Source: Paraspadella gotoi
Taxonomy: Eukaryota; Animalia; Chaetognatha
Assembly: GCA_051294375.1 (NCBI GenBank)
Contig: CM119263.1
Coordinates: 11,182,703-11,246,702 of the forward strand
Direction: 5' to 3'
Length of the DNA: 64,000 bases
How positions within the stretch are numbered: position 1 is the first letter of the stretch; each line of letters begins with the position of its first letter. Of the stretch, positions 37,801-51,500 are shown piece after piece. A model generated the notes under the pieces. That model did no database searches and had not been told where the DNA came from. It saw only the letters and a list, made by a program, of their open reading frames with translations. The translations under genes were made by a program, and so were the position numbers.

Positions 37801-39935
37801 TTCGTCATTTGAAACTTCGTGAAGTCAGAGTTCATGGAAAAGGCTTACATAATTTTCAACGTGATTTAAAAAATAATTAATAAGCTTGGAAGAGGATCTG
37901 ATGGTGCGTGGTTTGAGTAGAGTAGAGAAGATATGATCAATCAATATTTCGTTTTAAGAGAAACGAAGAAATAAAATAGAAAAAAAACTTTATGACTTTT
38001 AAGGCTGCAATAATTATTTTGCGGATGGCTTATCGAATTAGATTTTAAGTCATTGTTTATAACATATTGTGTATAATTTTTTAAAATTTTTTTCAACCTT
38101 ACTACAATGGACGCGAAGAATGATTTAAAAAATTATTCAATTCTTTTGCATTAACTTTTGACCGCATCGAGAGAATTCATATCTGCCATCAAAATTATTG
38201 TGTATAATTACAGGATTTCTTAAGCGAGATAGTTACTGCTTGTGTACATAAGGTCTACGCCGGGGATCCCGTTAACTGTGCAAAAATTCAAAAAAAAACA
38301 TTAAATTATGCTATTTTTTTTGTATTAACATTAACTGGTGTCATAACAAAGTTGACTATTAGATTTTTCCTACGTGACTTTTCAACTCTATACTTTCGTT
38401 TCAATCCGACCTCAGTTAACGCAGTGTTGCCATCATCTGAACCATCATCATGCATTTCTCCGTCAACGCCTTGAACGGCTCGATCCTTTCTTACCTCACC
38501 TCCGCTCCTCTTCCTCTTCTTCCTACGAACTCGGCTTCGATCTCAATCTCTTTTAAGTCTCAACGGCCTTCCTCACAAAAATCCATTCCCCGCGCGTTGT
38601 ATCCCGCATAGCCCTTCGCTTTTGGCTCCCTCTCCTCTTTCCCTCTCTATCTCTTTTTTCGGCCTTTTTATTGACTTATTGTTGTCTTTTTTTACTTTCT
38701 TCTTTTATTCCCGTTTTTTTTTCTTTATTTCTGGTTGTCCCCATCGTTCGACTCTCCTCTTGTTTTTTTTCTTTTATTTTTTTTATCCCCGAGCCTTCGA
38801 ATTTGTTCGATCGTTTATATCTAAGAGAAGATGTGTCAGTGGAGATTTTTTATTTCAAACATCTTCTCGAATTTTTTTTATAACTCATCCTGCGCAATAG
38901 GTGTTCCTCCTTTTTTTTAGTTTTAGATCCACTTTTCCCTTCAGAAGTATACTTTATTGAGTGTTTTTCTTTATCCATAAACTATCCTTAAGAAATCCTG
39001 TAATTTAAATAATTTTGATGGCAGATATGAATTTCTCGTCAAAAGTTAATAAAAGAAAATATGAATAATTTTTTAAAATTCTTTCATTTAGTAAGTTAAA
39101 AAATATAAAAAATTCTATTTAATACACGAAAATAATATTCAGCTTAAAATAAAGTTTTTTAAAAATATTGATAAACTTAATGAAACAATTTTAAGAAAGA
39201 GTCATAATACTTTTTATTAACTTTTTATGGCAAATTCAAATCTAAAAAAATGTTATAAAAAAATGAAGAAACCATTTTAAAATTTTAACATTTAAAGTAA
39301 AGTTACGGTGAAATAAAGAACAATTGTTTCGTTCTCGTTTCTAAAACTCAGACAAAGAGGCTATAAAGAGGAAAATTGAAGTGAAGCGACGCAAATGACT
39401 AACGGTTACAAAAGGTAAATGTTTGACTGAAAAAAAGATTAACACAATAATGACTCTTCGCAGAGACGCATTTACACTGATCCTTATTACCTAGGCACCA
39501 AAGACTGTTTTAAGTCAGGAGCCAAGTGATAACTTATTTATAAAATGAATATATAATATATACATTTTTGGTGCTAATTTCATAAATGCAACTCTTCTAC
39601 TAACACTCGCTCACATTTGAAATTTATACCCAAAGAACTTTAACGAAAAAAAAAAAAATAAGCGTCAGAAGACAAATTCGCACATGCGTATTCAGTGCTC
39701 GAGTCACAAACGTGAAACGAAAGTGAACGAAGTTCAAACGTCCGACGTTTGAAAAAAAAAGAAGAAAAAGTGAAAAAAAACTTAAACGGAAAAAGTGATT
39801 AACTGCGTCTGTGAGAAACGGAGGTCCGCGCGCGAGTGAAGATTATTAAGCGGATATTCCTCGAGTACGTTAATAGACTAGGCGGCCTAATGAGATTCAG
39901 TAAAACTGAATTGATCGAGTATTGGAAATTAAAGA
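34352..39935. repeat. Local direct and inverted duplications
   Basis: ~34352-34780 matches ~38272-38720 (direct). ~34809-35060 matches ~39700-39935 (inverted). ~35140-35480 matches ~39330-39625 (inverted). ~38030-38235 matches ~38975-39200 (inverted). Differences are mostly 1-2 nt indels. Confidence 0.85.
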
Positions 39936-40345
39936 GTATCATAAAAGAATAGGGTAATGTGATATTAAGAGAAAATGGGTAAGAATGAAAGAATATGGAA
40001 GAGACATAGCGCAATGAGCAAGGCTGAGGAAACTTCCGAGGACCACACTGTGTTTGAACCTTAGTATCTTTAAGTTTATTTAGAGTGTCTGTTTATCATC
40101 CAAAAGAGTGGCGATTACGCGAACAAGATACCCGGCATCAAGAGATTAATCTGGGCAAAAGAGCTAAAATTTTTCACCAATTATCTACTTTTGTACCTTT
40201 CGGGTTCCTGACGAATCTTCAGTGAAGATGTAATATGTATTGTATACATTACAGGGGAGGAAAAAAGGAGATTGGAGAGAGTTAATGTTGTCGAAATCTG
40301 ACGAAAGTCCCTGATTTTCTTTCTGAGTGAGAGATAGAGAGAGAG

Positions 40346-40391
<46 letters not shown>

Positions 40392-42307
40392 GAGAGAGAG
40401 AGAGAGATCGTTAATATTTCAGTATTCATCGGCTCTCGTATAAATTCTGTGAGGTGGTTCGTGTGAAGGTATTGTGGGAATCGGAGCTTTGCTTTCGTCG
40501 CGCTAAGAAGTCAATCTCTGGGTGTGATTATCTTTCGTCAAGGTAAAAAACGCGCGTACATATACTTTGGGTTTATTGCTTTATATACACAGCAACAAAC
40601 TGAAGACCATTAACCACTGTTTTTTTTTTTCGAAAGGAGATATTCTAAAGGCAAACAAGGACGCTTTTCTTAGGTTTACTTCAGTCTTTCCTTTTAGATA
40701 TCTTTTTTCTTTCCCTCATCCCTTTCTTCCTTTCCCTTTTTGATCCCTTCCTCTTTTATTCATCCCTTTCTTCTTTCTCTTCAGATCCCTTCTTTCCAAT
40801 CCCTTTTCCTTTCCGAGCCATTTGAAGGTCGAAGTAAGCGGACGTCGTGGCCTTAACTGAGAGAAGAGAAAGGAAAAGCCTCGTCTTCCTTTTTCGAAAG
40901 CAAAAAAGAATAAGATACAATTTGCGTCGAGTGAAGTATACTTGGCTTCCATCTCTCCACTTCCTCACGTATATTTTTATAGACAGGTTGCGGATATTTT
41001 TTATTCTTCCATCAGAAACTTCGATATCTTTATCTCACTTTTTAGTCAATGATGTTGCCAAACTCCGACTTGTCTCCATTCAACTTCCGAGCGCCGTTCA
41101 GATATTTTATACGCTTTCTACTACTTTTTCTACTTTTTCTTGGACATCACCCGCACTTTGTCACCCCTCGCTAACAGAAATTCAACTTTACAAAGTACAT
41201 TACTTCCTATTCTGTCGCTGCTAGTTTTTCCATTGCTTTTTTTTTCTCATTTCACAGGTCATAGAAGAGACCCTCACCATAACCTCATAACTCTTGTTAG
41301 TACTTCTTGCTTCATTTTCCTCCATTGCCACAACGGGCGAGAATCTTAATCAAAAGTGAGAACGAAACTCACCCAATTCTCGTAAAACTATATTTTTTTC
41401 TCGTTCCAGCGCGTGCGCATGAGCGCGTTCGAGAATGCAAAGCGCGTGCGAGGAACGCGCGGTTTTTATTTTCGCGGAAATAAATTTTGTTTTGGTCTCT
41501 AAAAAAAATACGGGTTGAAGTTTATGCCAAAACACGAATCGGTTATGGATTTAGACGATTTATGAGGAGCGTTTATTGATCCTTCATGAAAATAAAATGA
41601 AGCGTTTTGCGCCTTGAAAAAGTTGATCTTTTCTTGAGAGAAAATATTCGAACAAGTTCTGTTTTTTAACTGTAGCTGTATAGTGTATACTGTATAGTGT
41701 ATACTGTATAGTGTATACGTAAATACGTAACTGTCAAAGCTGGAATAGAATTTTGTAATTTAATAATTTACAAGTAACAAATTACCAATTTGAACATAAT
41801 ATCAATTTCATAAATTACTCATTTGGAATTTACATACTGTGAAGCAAATTTTGAGAAACACCTTTGGCTTCCCCTTTTTTATTTCACTTTAAGATTACAC
41901 CAATCCCGATAGCTATACTTTGAATCCCACCGAAGTGACAACCGAAACAGGTGAAAAACAGGTGAAAAACAATTTCACACTTATTAGATTTTCATAGACG
42001 TAAAATTAATTCAGTACGTATGAGATTGGCGCTACTATAACACATGAATGGATAATTATATATTGGTTGTACAAATTCCTAATGATCTTTTTCTTTTGAT
42101 TTAATCAAGGCTTTAGAAGACTTTCAGGAAAGAAAATAGTGATGTACAAGGCGGTTATATTTACTTGGATCTTCGCATGCGGGTTTGCTTATAAGCATAG
42201 AGGACCTCATTTCAAAACATGCTCATCGCAAGTTACCTCGCAGCTTGAAAAGAAAACCTTTTTTTAATCGAATTGAAAATCGGACAAGGTTAATTTTAGC
42301 AACTTAC

Positions 42308-42350
42308 TTTTTTTCGACGGCCCCCGAGTTTTTGCCGAGACCGCGTACAT
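42308..42350 (-). CDS. Candidate alternative KChIP first coding exon (MYAVSAKTRGPSKK)
   Basis: AAAATG start, strong donor A|GTAAGT, phase 1 compatible with the acceptor at 13845. Confidence 0.35.
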
Positions 42351-43675
42351 TTTAGCGATGATTTCCAAGTTGCCTGTTTTTCTAAAAGCGAAACGAGTTT
42401 CTAAAAATCGAAACTGACGAGTTCGTTTTCGATGAACGTCATTCTTTTCTCTTTTGCTGATGTAAACTGAAACAAAATAAACTAAAAGAATCAAAACAGA
42501 ATTAAATAACGAGGGATTTGATCAAATCATCGGCGTATGATGAGCGTCTCCATGGAGATTTGCGACCCAGGGATGAATCAGAAACGCTTTTCCGTTTAAA
42601 ATAGTAGAATTCGTTATAAATTTTTATAACCGCTATTAGTTTTTGATTATTGGATAGGATTAAAAGCCAAAATAAGACTATTTTGGATGTCGGGAGCTTA
42701 AAAATTTTAAAGACTGAGAAACTGAGAAATCGCTAGTCCCAACTGACGGGAATCCTAATTTGTACTTCAGTTAAAAAAAAATTTGTATAGAAGTATTTTT
42801 AAGGTCAAAACTGTTAAACAAGAACCTCTTTAACAACGTAAATGCCCTTTCTCTGTTACAATGCCAGGTCAATCGTCTTGAAACTCTTTTTAAGTCACTC
42901 TCTCTGTCTTCAAAAAGTCTTCAAAACTCTCACCTCGCCTTTACAACACACAGACAGCTCCTCGATAGCCCATTTTTATCGGAACTCATCCGAAAAAGAA
43001 CTGACCTTTGGTGACAGACAAAGGAAATAAAAGGAGACTAAACAGCATCAAGTAGGTTTTTTAGTCAGAAACAAGGCCATTGCGAAAGCAGACGAATAAG
43101 TTAATATTAGCGTTTTAAGAATTTGTTAAAGCAATAATTAATTCATTAAACTTTGCTTTGGAGTCATTTTGCGACAAAGTAAGACTAATAGTAATAGTAA
43201 TACTAATAGTAATACTAATAGTCCAATGACAAGCGGTCTCCTCTCCGAGCAAACGATGACGAAGGCGTCGACTCAAGCAAGAGGAACGAAACATTTCATT
43301 TTGAAAATTAAATTTTTGGCGCCCAATGTCGTTTAAAGCCGACAGAAAAAAAAAACTTTCTGGGTTCCATTCGAAAAAAATCTTGCAGCTGGGACCCGGT
43401 TCATTTAGGGAAGGGCGGAAATTTGAATAAACGCGAAGCCGCTTCCAAGGCTCATTTATTAAAAAAAAAAAAAAATTAAATTGGACTGAAATGGATTGGA
43501 TTTTAGTCAAAAATAAAAATGTTTTGAAGAGAGAAATCAGATTAATTCGTTAAGAATAAGCTACGAATCTGGTAAGAAAGTTGAGGAAACGAAAGTCTTT
43601 GACGCAGCGACGGAAAGTGAAACGTGGAATAAACGATGTGTTAATTACATCCAGGTCCACGTCTACTATTTTTAT

Positions 43676-43740
<65 letters not shown>

Positions 43741-44483
43741 CCGCCAACGTTTTGAGAACTCGAAGCCGCGACGCGCGTGGGACGAAGGAGTAAAGGAGGA
43801 AACGCGCGCGGGTATGATGACGACGAAGAGGAGGAAGAGAAAGAAGGAGAGGAGGGAGAGAAGGGGAAGGAAGGGGACCAAACTATAACCGGGGGGCGGG
43901 CGCGGATAGAGACGGAGAGACGTCGTCGGCGCCTGGGACGGAATACGTGATAATCTTCGCGTCCGTCGTGTTACTACGTCTTCTTTTTCCTCGTTTCGAT
44001 CTCTCGCTCTCTGTCTCTTCCCTTTTCGGTCTCTTTCAATTTCGAGCGCTCACATTCTTTCCCGACGGATTAAATCGATATTCAGTAAGATTTACAGCGA
44101 GATAAATTTTGTATGATTTACGTTCGAAATTCTTTTTAATCTTAATAATGACTTTGTAAAATAATAGGTCCGTATAGTTTTATAAATTCCAGCGATGACT
44201 AAGATTTAAGGTTTTAATTTAGAGAGAACATCACGGTTTTCTAAACTTAAAATTTTGTATAAAAATGCGAGAAGAACAAAAGGAGATTTTATACGTAAAA
44301 AAGAAAAGAAAAAAGAGATTGAAAGGAGAGCTGAAAAAAAAAATCGAGGATTATCTGGTGTAAAGGAGGAAAGAAAAAAAAGGAAAAGAAGCTTTGGGAC
44401 TGTGTCGAGGGAATCTTGCTTGAAAGGGAGAAAAGGAGAAGGAACGATAGAATTAAGGAAACGAGAGAGATAGAGAGAGAGAG

Positions 44484-44572
<89 letters not shown>

Positions 44573-45983
44573 AATAGAGATAAGAGAGAGAGAGACAGAG
44601 CCACGGAAAAGCCAATAAACAAAACGGAAAAAAGGATAACGCCGGCTCGAAAAAACAAAAGAATTCCGGAAATTTGATGTCGACGCTGAAGAGAGAACGA
44701 GAGTGGAATTCTTTCAGGCGCCCAGAAATCACGTTCGTTTCAACCGTGATTTTAATCATAATTAGTAATGATAATGATAATGATAAAAAGTATTGGAATT
44801 TATATCGCCCCTTATATCTCTTTTTGATTTCACTTAAATATTCTCCTCAAATTTTACTTCCGCTTTACATTTTCGTGGGCCTGGCACAAGTCAAAGCCCT
44901 TTACGCGAGAATGGATTCTCTTCTTTGGAGAAAAAAAAAAACTCATCAAAGAACTTCGTCGAAATTGAAAATCGTTGGAATGACCTTGAACGACCTTGAA
45001 CGACCCTTTTTTGACGTAAATTAAAAGATGACAATTTCAGCGAGGGACACGATAGCAGAAGGGGATAGTTTTTTATGATTAATTTTTTAAGGCTTTGGAC
45101 AAAAAGAGTTATGTTGAAAGTTATCAATCGATTGGTTAAATGCGTACTGAAATTTTAGTTTAAATCATAAATAAATGGTTTTAAAAATGGGAGCTAAAAC
45201 TACACATAAAACGAAAAAAAAAAAACAAACAAGAAACACATTTACTATCGCCATCCGCCAGAATGCGTCGGCGCGCCCCCGGTGACGTAACACTGAGAAT
45301 TCTCTCCTCACACCAAGCGGTCTAGGGTTCGCGCCCAATTGGTGTCCATCCGAGTAAGCGGGTCGGGACGTCTTACCCACCTGTACTGGCCGACTACATT
45401 CAGATCCAAAATTCTGAAACGGTACTATGTCCTGTCGTGTGGCTCTAAAAACGACGTTTCGTTTTTCATATTTTGTACCTTTAAGTCAAAGCAGAGAACA
45501 GGACCAAAATTTAAAAGAGACCGTGAACTCAAAGCGCACGATAGAGCAAAAAACCACAATTTTATTTGTCACATCCAAGTTTTTTAAAAAAAAACCCTGG
45601 ATGGAAACATCAGTTTTACGAGACGGAATCGCCGATTTCAAGGACGAACCCGAGATGATGATGAAGATGGCGTAACGAGGTGAGGAAATTGCCATAAGTG
45701 AAACAAAAGCCGGTCGAGAAGAAAGGCGTCGAGGGACAAACTAGAGGAGAAGACGACGACCAAACTTTTTCTCCCGCAAACTCATTTTAAATTCAAATTC
45801 GTTCCGATGGAAAAAAAAAATTAGAAAATGGCTTTTTCTTGCTAAAAGTTATCAACCCGATCTGAGATAATTAGGCGTAGTTGCTGGGGAGAAGACAAAG
45901 AGAAAATCGTCTTTTTCTTTTTTTTAAATAATGCTAATTCACTCTTCATTTATTAGGTTACATATAATTTTTTTTTTCCTCAA

Positions 45984-46132
45984 AAAAGCGCTCCATTTCT
46001 GTTGGGAAAGCAAACTCCTCATTCCTAACTCGAAACACTGATCCTTAACCAAATTCCTAACTTAATCCCTAATCCCTCCCTATCTCTATCCTCAATTGAA
46101 GTTGAAATGGAGCGGTTTCAGAAAATATGGCG
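45984..46132. mobile_element. MITE-like family B, copy 2
   Basis: Ends AAAAAGCGCTCCATTTC / GAAATGGAGCGGTTTCAGAAAATATGGCG, homologous to the 16246 element, with an internal CCTAA-like tract. Confidence 0.55.
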
Positions 46133-47219
46133 TAAAATTTTAAAATTCTCATTGCGGAACATGCAGTGACAGGCAGACACGCGGCGTCCGTCCTGGATTA
46201 ATTGACTTTATTTAATTTCATATCCCCCTTTCTGTTAAATTCTCCATTGTGCAGCAAAGGTGTAACGACGACGATAAAATTTTTCGTTTCACTCGAGGAC
46301 AACGAAATAAAAAAAAAAGAAAAAAAGGAAAAAAAACAAGTAACGGTTATTCCAAGGTGTTGCGCCGCATTACTTTTATTTTTCCTTTCTTATCCTTTGT
46401 ATTTCCGTTTATAAACGACACGCTCTGCATCGAAATCACGTCTTTTATTCCTTATAGTTTATAATATTTCTAGTAGTCGTTTAGGTTAGAGGTTTTTTCC
46501 TGTTTTAAGAAATGAGCAACAAACTATAGGCAAGTTAAAAGCGTTTTCAACGTAAGTGGGTCAGACTGACGTACAGACCGACAGACCAACCGAAAAGTGA
46601 CTTATAAAGTTGCTCCGCGAGTACTCGCGGCCTAACTAAAAAGTGGAAACGTAACACCGATAACTACGAGGGTCAAGACTCGTTGAAAACTCGTTCCAGC
46701 TCGTTGAATAAAAATTGCGTAAAACGGCGTTGGTTTCTCACTGATGACTGATTCGAGAACTCTGAACATTTTCGTCAGTCGGTCTGGTACTTTTTGGTGA
46801 AATTTCTGCATGATTCTCATCGACCCATAGGCTTAAAGAATTCTACATTCTACATTCTACATTAATACATTTTTTAAAAATAAGTTGTAAATTTATCACC
46901 GCTTAGTGAAAAAGAGAGACAGAGATCGAGGAGAGACAGACAAACCCGGCCATGAGAAAATTTCCTCTCTGGAACAATCATGGTTCTGGCTTCAGCCTAT
47001 TCACCTTCTTATCTTTTTTTCCCATTAGCATATTGATGTTATTTTCCCTCAGCACATAAGCTTGGGTCATTTGCATATTTATAGATTTTTTTAGAAATAT
47101 GATATTTTTATCACGGTTTTCGGATATAAATGTTAAAGAGATATCAAAACGACCTTTTTTTCCCTCTATTTCTGAACCATCCTATCTTACTTAAAAGGTT
47201 TCATCTCCCTAATTCTTAC

Positions 47220-47415
47220 CTCTCTTGTCTTTCCCCATCAGCGCCGCGGACTTACGGCGCCACCAGCTTTCGGCGGCGCCAAAAAATCCCTGAGCCTTAG
47301 ACGCTCGGGGTTCGGCGACAGCGACGGAGGCGGTCAACGTGGCGGAGATGGCGCTGCGAGTGTCAGGGCGGCGCCAGTGGTGATGGGTCGTGGATCCGTA
47401 ATGATAGAAGGGCAT
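47220..47415 (-). CDS. Probable distal first coding exon of KChIP (MPFYHYGSTTHHHW...LMGKDKR)
   Basis: GC-rich ATG-initiated ORF ending at AGAG|GTAAGA in phase 1. It joins in frame to 13845 to give a 261-aa KChIP. No other downstream partner on the minus strand was found. Confidence 0.55.
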
Positions 47416-48195
47416 GGTGACGTGGATTGTAAAGACGGACGGACGGTTGGGAACGTCTGGTTTCGGAAGTAAAAAGAAGACGAAAAGTAAAATCGTCGTT
47501 AATCTATCGAAGCGTTTTTTAGTGATTGAGTCGATGAGTTTTCAGCGATCATAGATTTCTTGCCTAAAGAATTGATTTAATCTTAATAATTTTTTTTTTT
47601 GATAACTCGAATTCGAAAAGATGTGAGGCAAAAATGCAGCTCCCTTCTTCCGAGTTCGCGAATCATTAAGATTTTTTTTTCTTTAACGAATTATGTTTTA
47701 TCGTCTTAATAAATTTCTTTCTTTTTCCATATTTTTTTAATTTTAGCGGGAAATAATTAAGGCGATGGCTGCTTTTTTTTGCTACATAACTTTTCAATTT
47801 TAGATACAATTTTTTTTAAATTTTTTCTTATTTTTCTTTCCACATTAAAACGAAAGAGAGGAACAGACTTTTTTTCAAAGTCACCGATTAACGTCGCGAA
47901 AATAAGTAAGGATTTCTCAGTCGTCGCTCCGTTTCGTGCTTTCAAGTATTTGTAAGACTAAACTAGCCGGCTTCCTTTACGTTAGTTAGATCTATGGATC
48001 CGGAAATGTTGGTGTCTTCGTCCATAATTCCGAGGGATGTAGTATTTTTAGAATCGTTCCTCCTTTCGTTGCGTGTTTTGATTCCTTCTCTATGAAACTT
48101 TTTTTGGATGCTTAAAAAAAAAAAACGCAGAAGGAAAGAGAAACGATGACTTTCGCTGTTTCAGTCCAATGAAGGATTTGAAGAATAATATTGTA

Positions 48196-48313
<118 letters not shown>

Positions 48314-48334
48314 GAATTCGTTGGCGTGAAATTG

Positions 48335-48342
48335 TGACGTCA
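48335..48342. promoter_or_regulatory. Perfect CRE palindrome TGACGTCA between the divergent KChIP and BPI-like starts
   Basis: Exact CREB/ATF consensus ~240 bp upstream of the BPI-like ATG; function is inferred. Confidence 0.4.
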
Positions 48343-48577
48343 TTCGATTGTCACTGACTCGCGAAGTGTGAGACCGAAGTCGGTTCCGGGTTCCGGGTGA
48401 ATAGCTTGTGTAAACGTGGAAATGAAGTAATAAGGAAAAAAAAAGTTCTGCTGTATTCCGTAAGGAGGATCTTTTAAAATACAAGGGCTTATACTATTAA
48501 AATTCTAAATACAAAATAAAACGCAACGTCTAATCTCGCTCTATATCTTTATAAATTTAAGAATCTGACGCAAGAAA

Positions 48578-51500
48578 ATGAGCGAATCAAAATCGAAAAA
48601 ATGGCGACTGACAAACATCTCCAAACGAACCTCCTCAACCGGAGGAACGGCGATGAACAAACAAAAAAGTATTTGTGAGACGATTTTAAAGACTTAATCT
48701 CGATTCGACGGATCGATCATTGATTAATTGAGTGATTGATCTTTAAATATTGATTGATTACGAAATTCAAAGGTTATTATATTAATTAATTTATTTTTTT
48801 TCTTCACTTCTTCATTTATATTTAATTCCTTTCATTTTCTATCCTTCTTATTCCTTCATCATTTCCCTTTCCCTTTCTTCTGCAATTCCCCGCCGTTTCC
48901 TTCTTCCGCTCAGGCTCTCTGCGTTCCTCACACCCGTTCTCCTTCGCCTCCACAACTTCCTTCGGGCAAGCGACTCGTAGCGTATCAGCATCTCCTTACT
49001 CCGCCCGCATCCTCATCACTGAACGGGGCCTTCAGAAATTGTCGCAGGCGTTGCTGACGTCGCTGACGCGGAAGCTGCAGCGGATGGAAGTGCCAAACTT
49101 TTACTACACTGAGGGAATCGTCTTGTTAGCGGATCATTCCTCGTGAGCGGAAGGGTGGGGCTGTTGAGATTGCGTGTCGGAGGATCAATCTCTCTCACTC
49201 TTTCTCGCTTGTTTAAATTTTCGCGCAGGGTCTTGAGCCAATCCCTGCACTACCTCTTGAAGCGCTGCGTGTTGAGCGGGCTGCGTCGACGCCGCGGCTC
49301 CGGCTGCCTCGTCAACATCGTTGCCGAATTCCGACTACGGGATTCCCATGTGGGAGTCGGCGACGGTTTTATCCATTGGCGTCTGAAAGGCGACTTTAGG
49401 GGAAGCGCCGACTACACTTACAGGCAAGTGGGTGGAAGAAAAATAAAATATAAAGCGAGAAAAAAATCTATAAATTAATCAATCAATAATGTCCAAAAAT
49501 TATCCGATGAAACATTCATTAAATTAACTGGAATCCACCTGGATCCAACTGGAAATACCTGCAACCGCCTTTTCAGCATGTCAGGCGTTTCCGATTACGG
49601 GACAGCCGAGGTCATCATCGAAGGCCTCGAGTTGACCTTTGGCGTGGTTGTGGATTCACAAATGGGCGACAACAAGCTCAAGCTTCGAGTCGTGGAGCCC
49701 ACCGATGGGACGACGCCTGTGACTGGACCGAAGCCGAAAGTCGAATTCAAAAATCTCAAAATAGATTTTACCTCCCATGGAAAAATCTGCGCGAAGATTA
49801 AATCACTTAGGGCCAGGCGTAGGTTGTACTAATTGGAAGATGTTAGTGGTGTGTGTGGTAAATACGATAGTTTGATGGTGGTTTTAACTTTTTTTGTTAT
49901 CATGGGCTACACGTTTCAAATTAAATTTGTCAAGCCTAAGTAAAAAAACCAAAAAATCAAACCGATTAACAGACATCGGTATTACCGATCAAAATTTAAA
50001 TTTAAATACCAGCTGGAAGAAGCACCTCCGCCGTTGGCTGACGGAAGAGTGCGGGCTTGACTTCGCTTACCTCTTCAACTCTAGTAAAGTCTCCTTCGAT
50101 ACGGTCTTCTTCAAGGAGTGGACGGAAGGATCGAAACGCCTGGGGCTCGAGTCGCAGATCGAGAGCATCCGGTTCCGGCGCAGATCTTGGATCATCGTCG
50201 CCCTCGGCGTTAAACTGCGAATCGTCGCGTCGTCTTCGAGGGAATCCATGCCGGAGCACACCGAGCACAGCCATCACGATACGATCAGAGATTCCTACAA
50301 GGCGAACATCGACGAAACGCTGCGGCGTCTCCCTTCCCAATTTTCCTCGAATCCCGATGTCGTCTTCTTCTTTCCGGAAGGGCTCGTCGACGAAGTCTTT
50401 TCCTCTGTGGTCTCCACGGAGTTGGATGCGCTTGTCTCACGGTCGCTTCAGGTTCATTCCCGGCGCGGGGCGATCCGACTTTTTAAGTTTTTTTTAGTCA
50501 TTTATAATGAGGTAGTTTTTTATAACTCGAAAAATTAAGTCATCGCTATAAAGACTATTTAAATTTTACACACTATAGTCACGCGTGGCGTCACTCTCGT
50601 TGCCTGGATGCGACCAAATCGGCGTCACCACTTTCTTCCATTCGATGCCGGAACTGAGGCTGACGCAGACGCGAGGCGTGGTCGTTAGCGCCGTCATCAT
50701 TGTCGAGGTTTTTTAGTGAAAAAATTAAAACCGAATTCTGTTATTCTAATGAAATATTTTGTTGAACTATATTTATTTAAAATTCTCCATCTTCTCCTAA
50801 GGTCAACGCCACCGCCATGGAGATCGGCCCTGGACTCGGGGGCAAAGTCTACTTCCGAATCAGATACTCGTTTCAGATGGGAGGGCGAATCGAAACTGTA
50901 CCAGGTCCACGCGAGGGCGACGATGGCCAATTGGTCTGGCATCTCGAAAACTACACTGGAAGAGCAATTATTCTGGTAGGTTTAACGTGGCTAACGTGCC
51001 AGCCAATGTTGATTCGAGTACTCTCACTTTACAAATGAATAGAGTAAATCAGTACAAGTATAAAAAATCTTCTTCTTACAGTTTTATATGTCTTTATTTT
51101 TAAAATCAAACGATTATATCACATTTTATTAGCACTCAAAGCAAATGTTAAAAATATTTTTTAACAATTTTAAAATATTCAAATCTTTTCAACAACCAGA
51201 AATATTTTTTTCATTTACTTGGTTAAATAATAATTTGTCGCCACGGTATAACCATGGCCATAAGCCTTTCCTTACAGATTTTCATCATAGCCCTTCCGGA
51301 TTTGAGAGTATCGAATTGGTTCACATTGATAGAATAATAAATATGCAGATGGTTTGATACAGCTAATACTGTATGTTGAATTAACTATTAGTTTCATCAT
51401 ATTCTACTACATTTTAAGATTTCAAAATATTTATTTCAATATTACATTCAAATTATAATTATTAATTGTGGTTAAGAAGTTTAATGTTGCACTACAGACT

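Noticed and set aside
46520-46640. GACAGACC-rich Helentron/HINE-like remnant (similar text near 6350, 6600 and 29230)
   Set aside because: Suggestive only; boundaries and mutual homology could not be established by eye.
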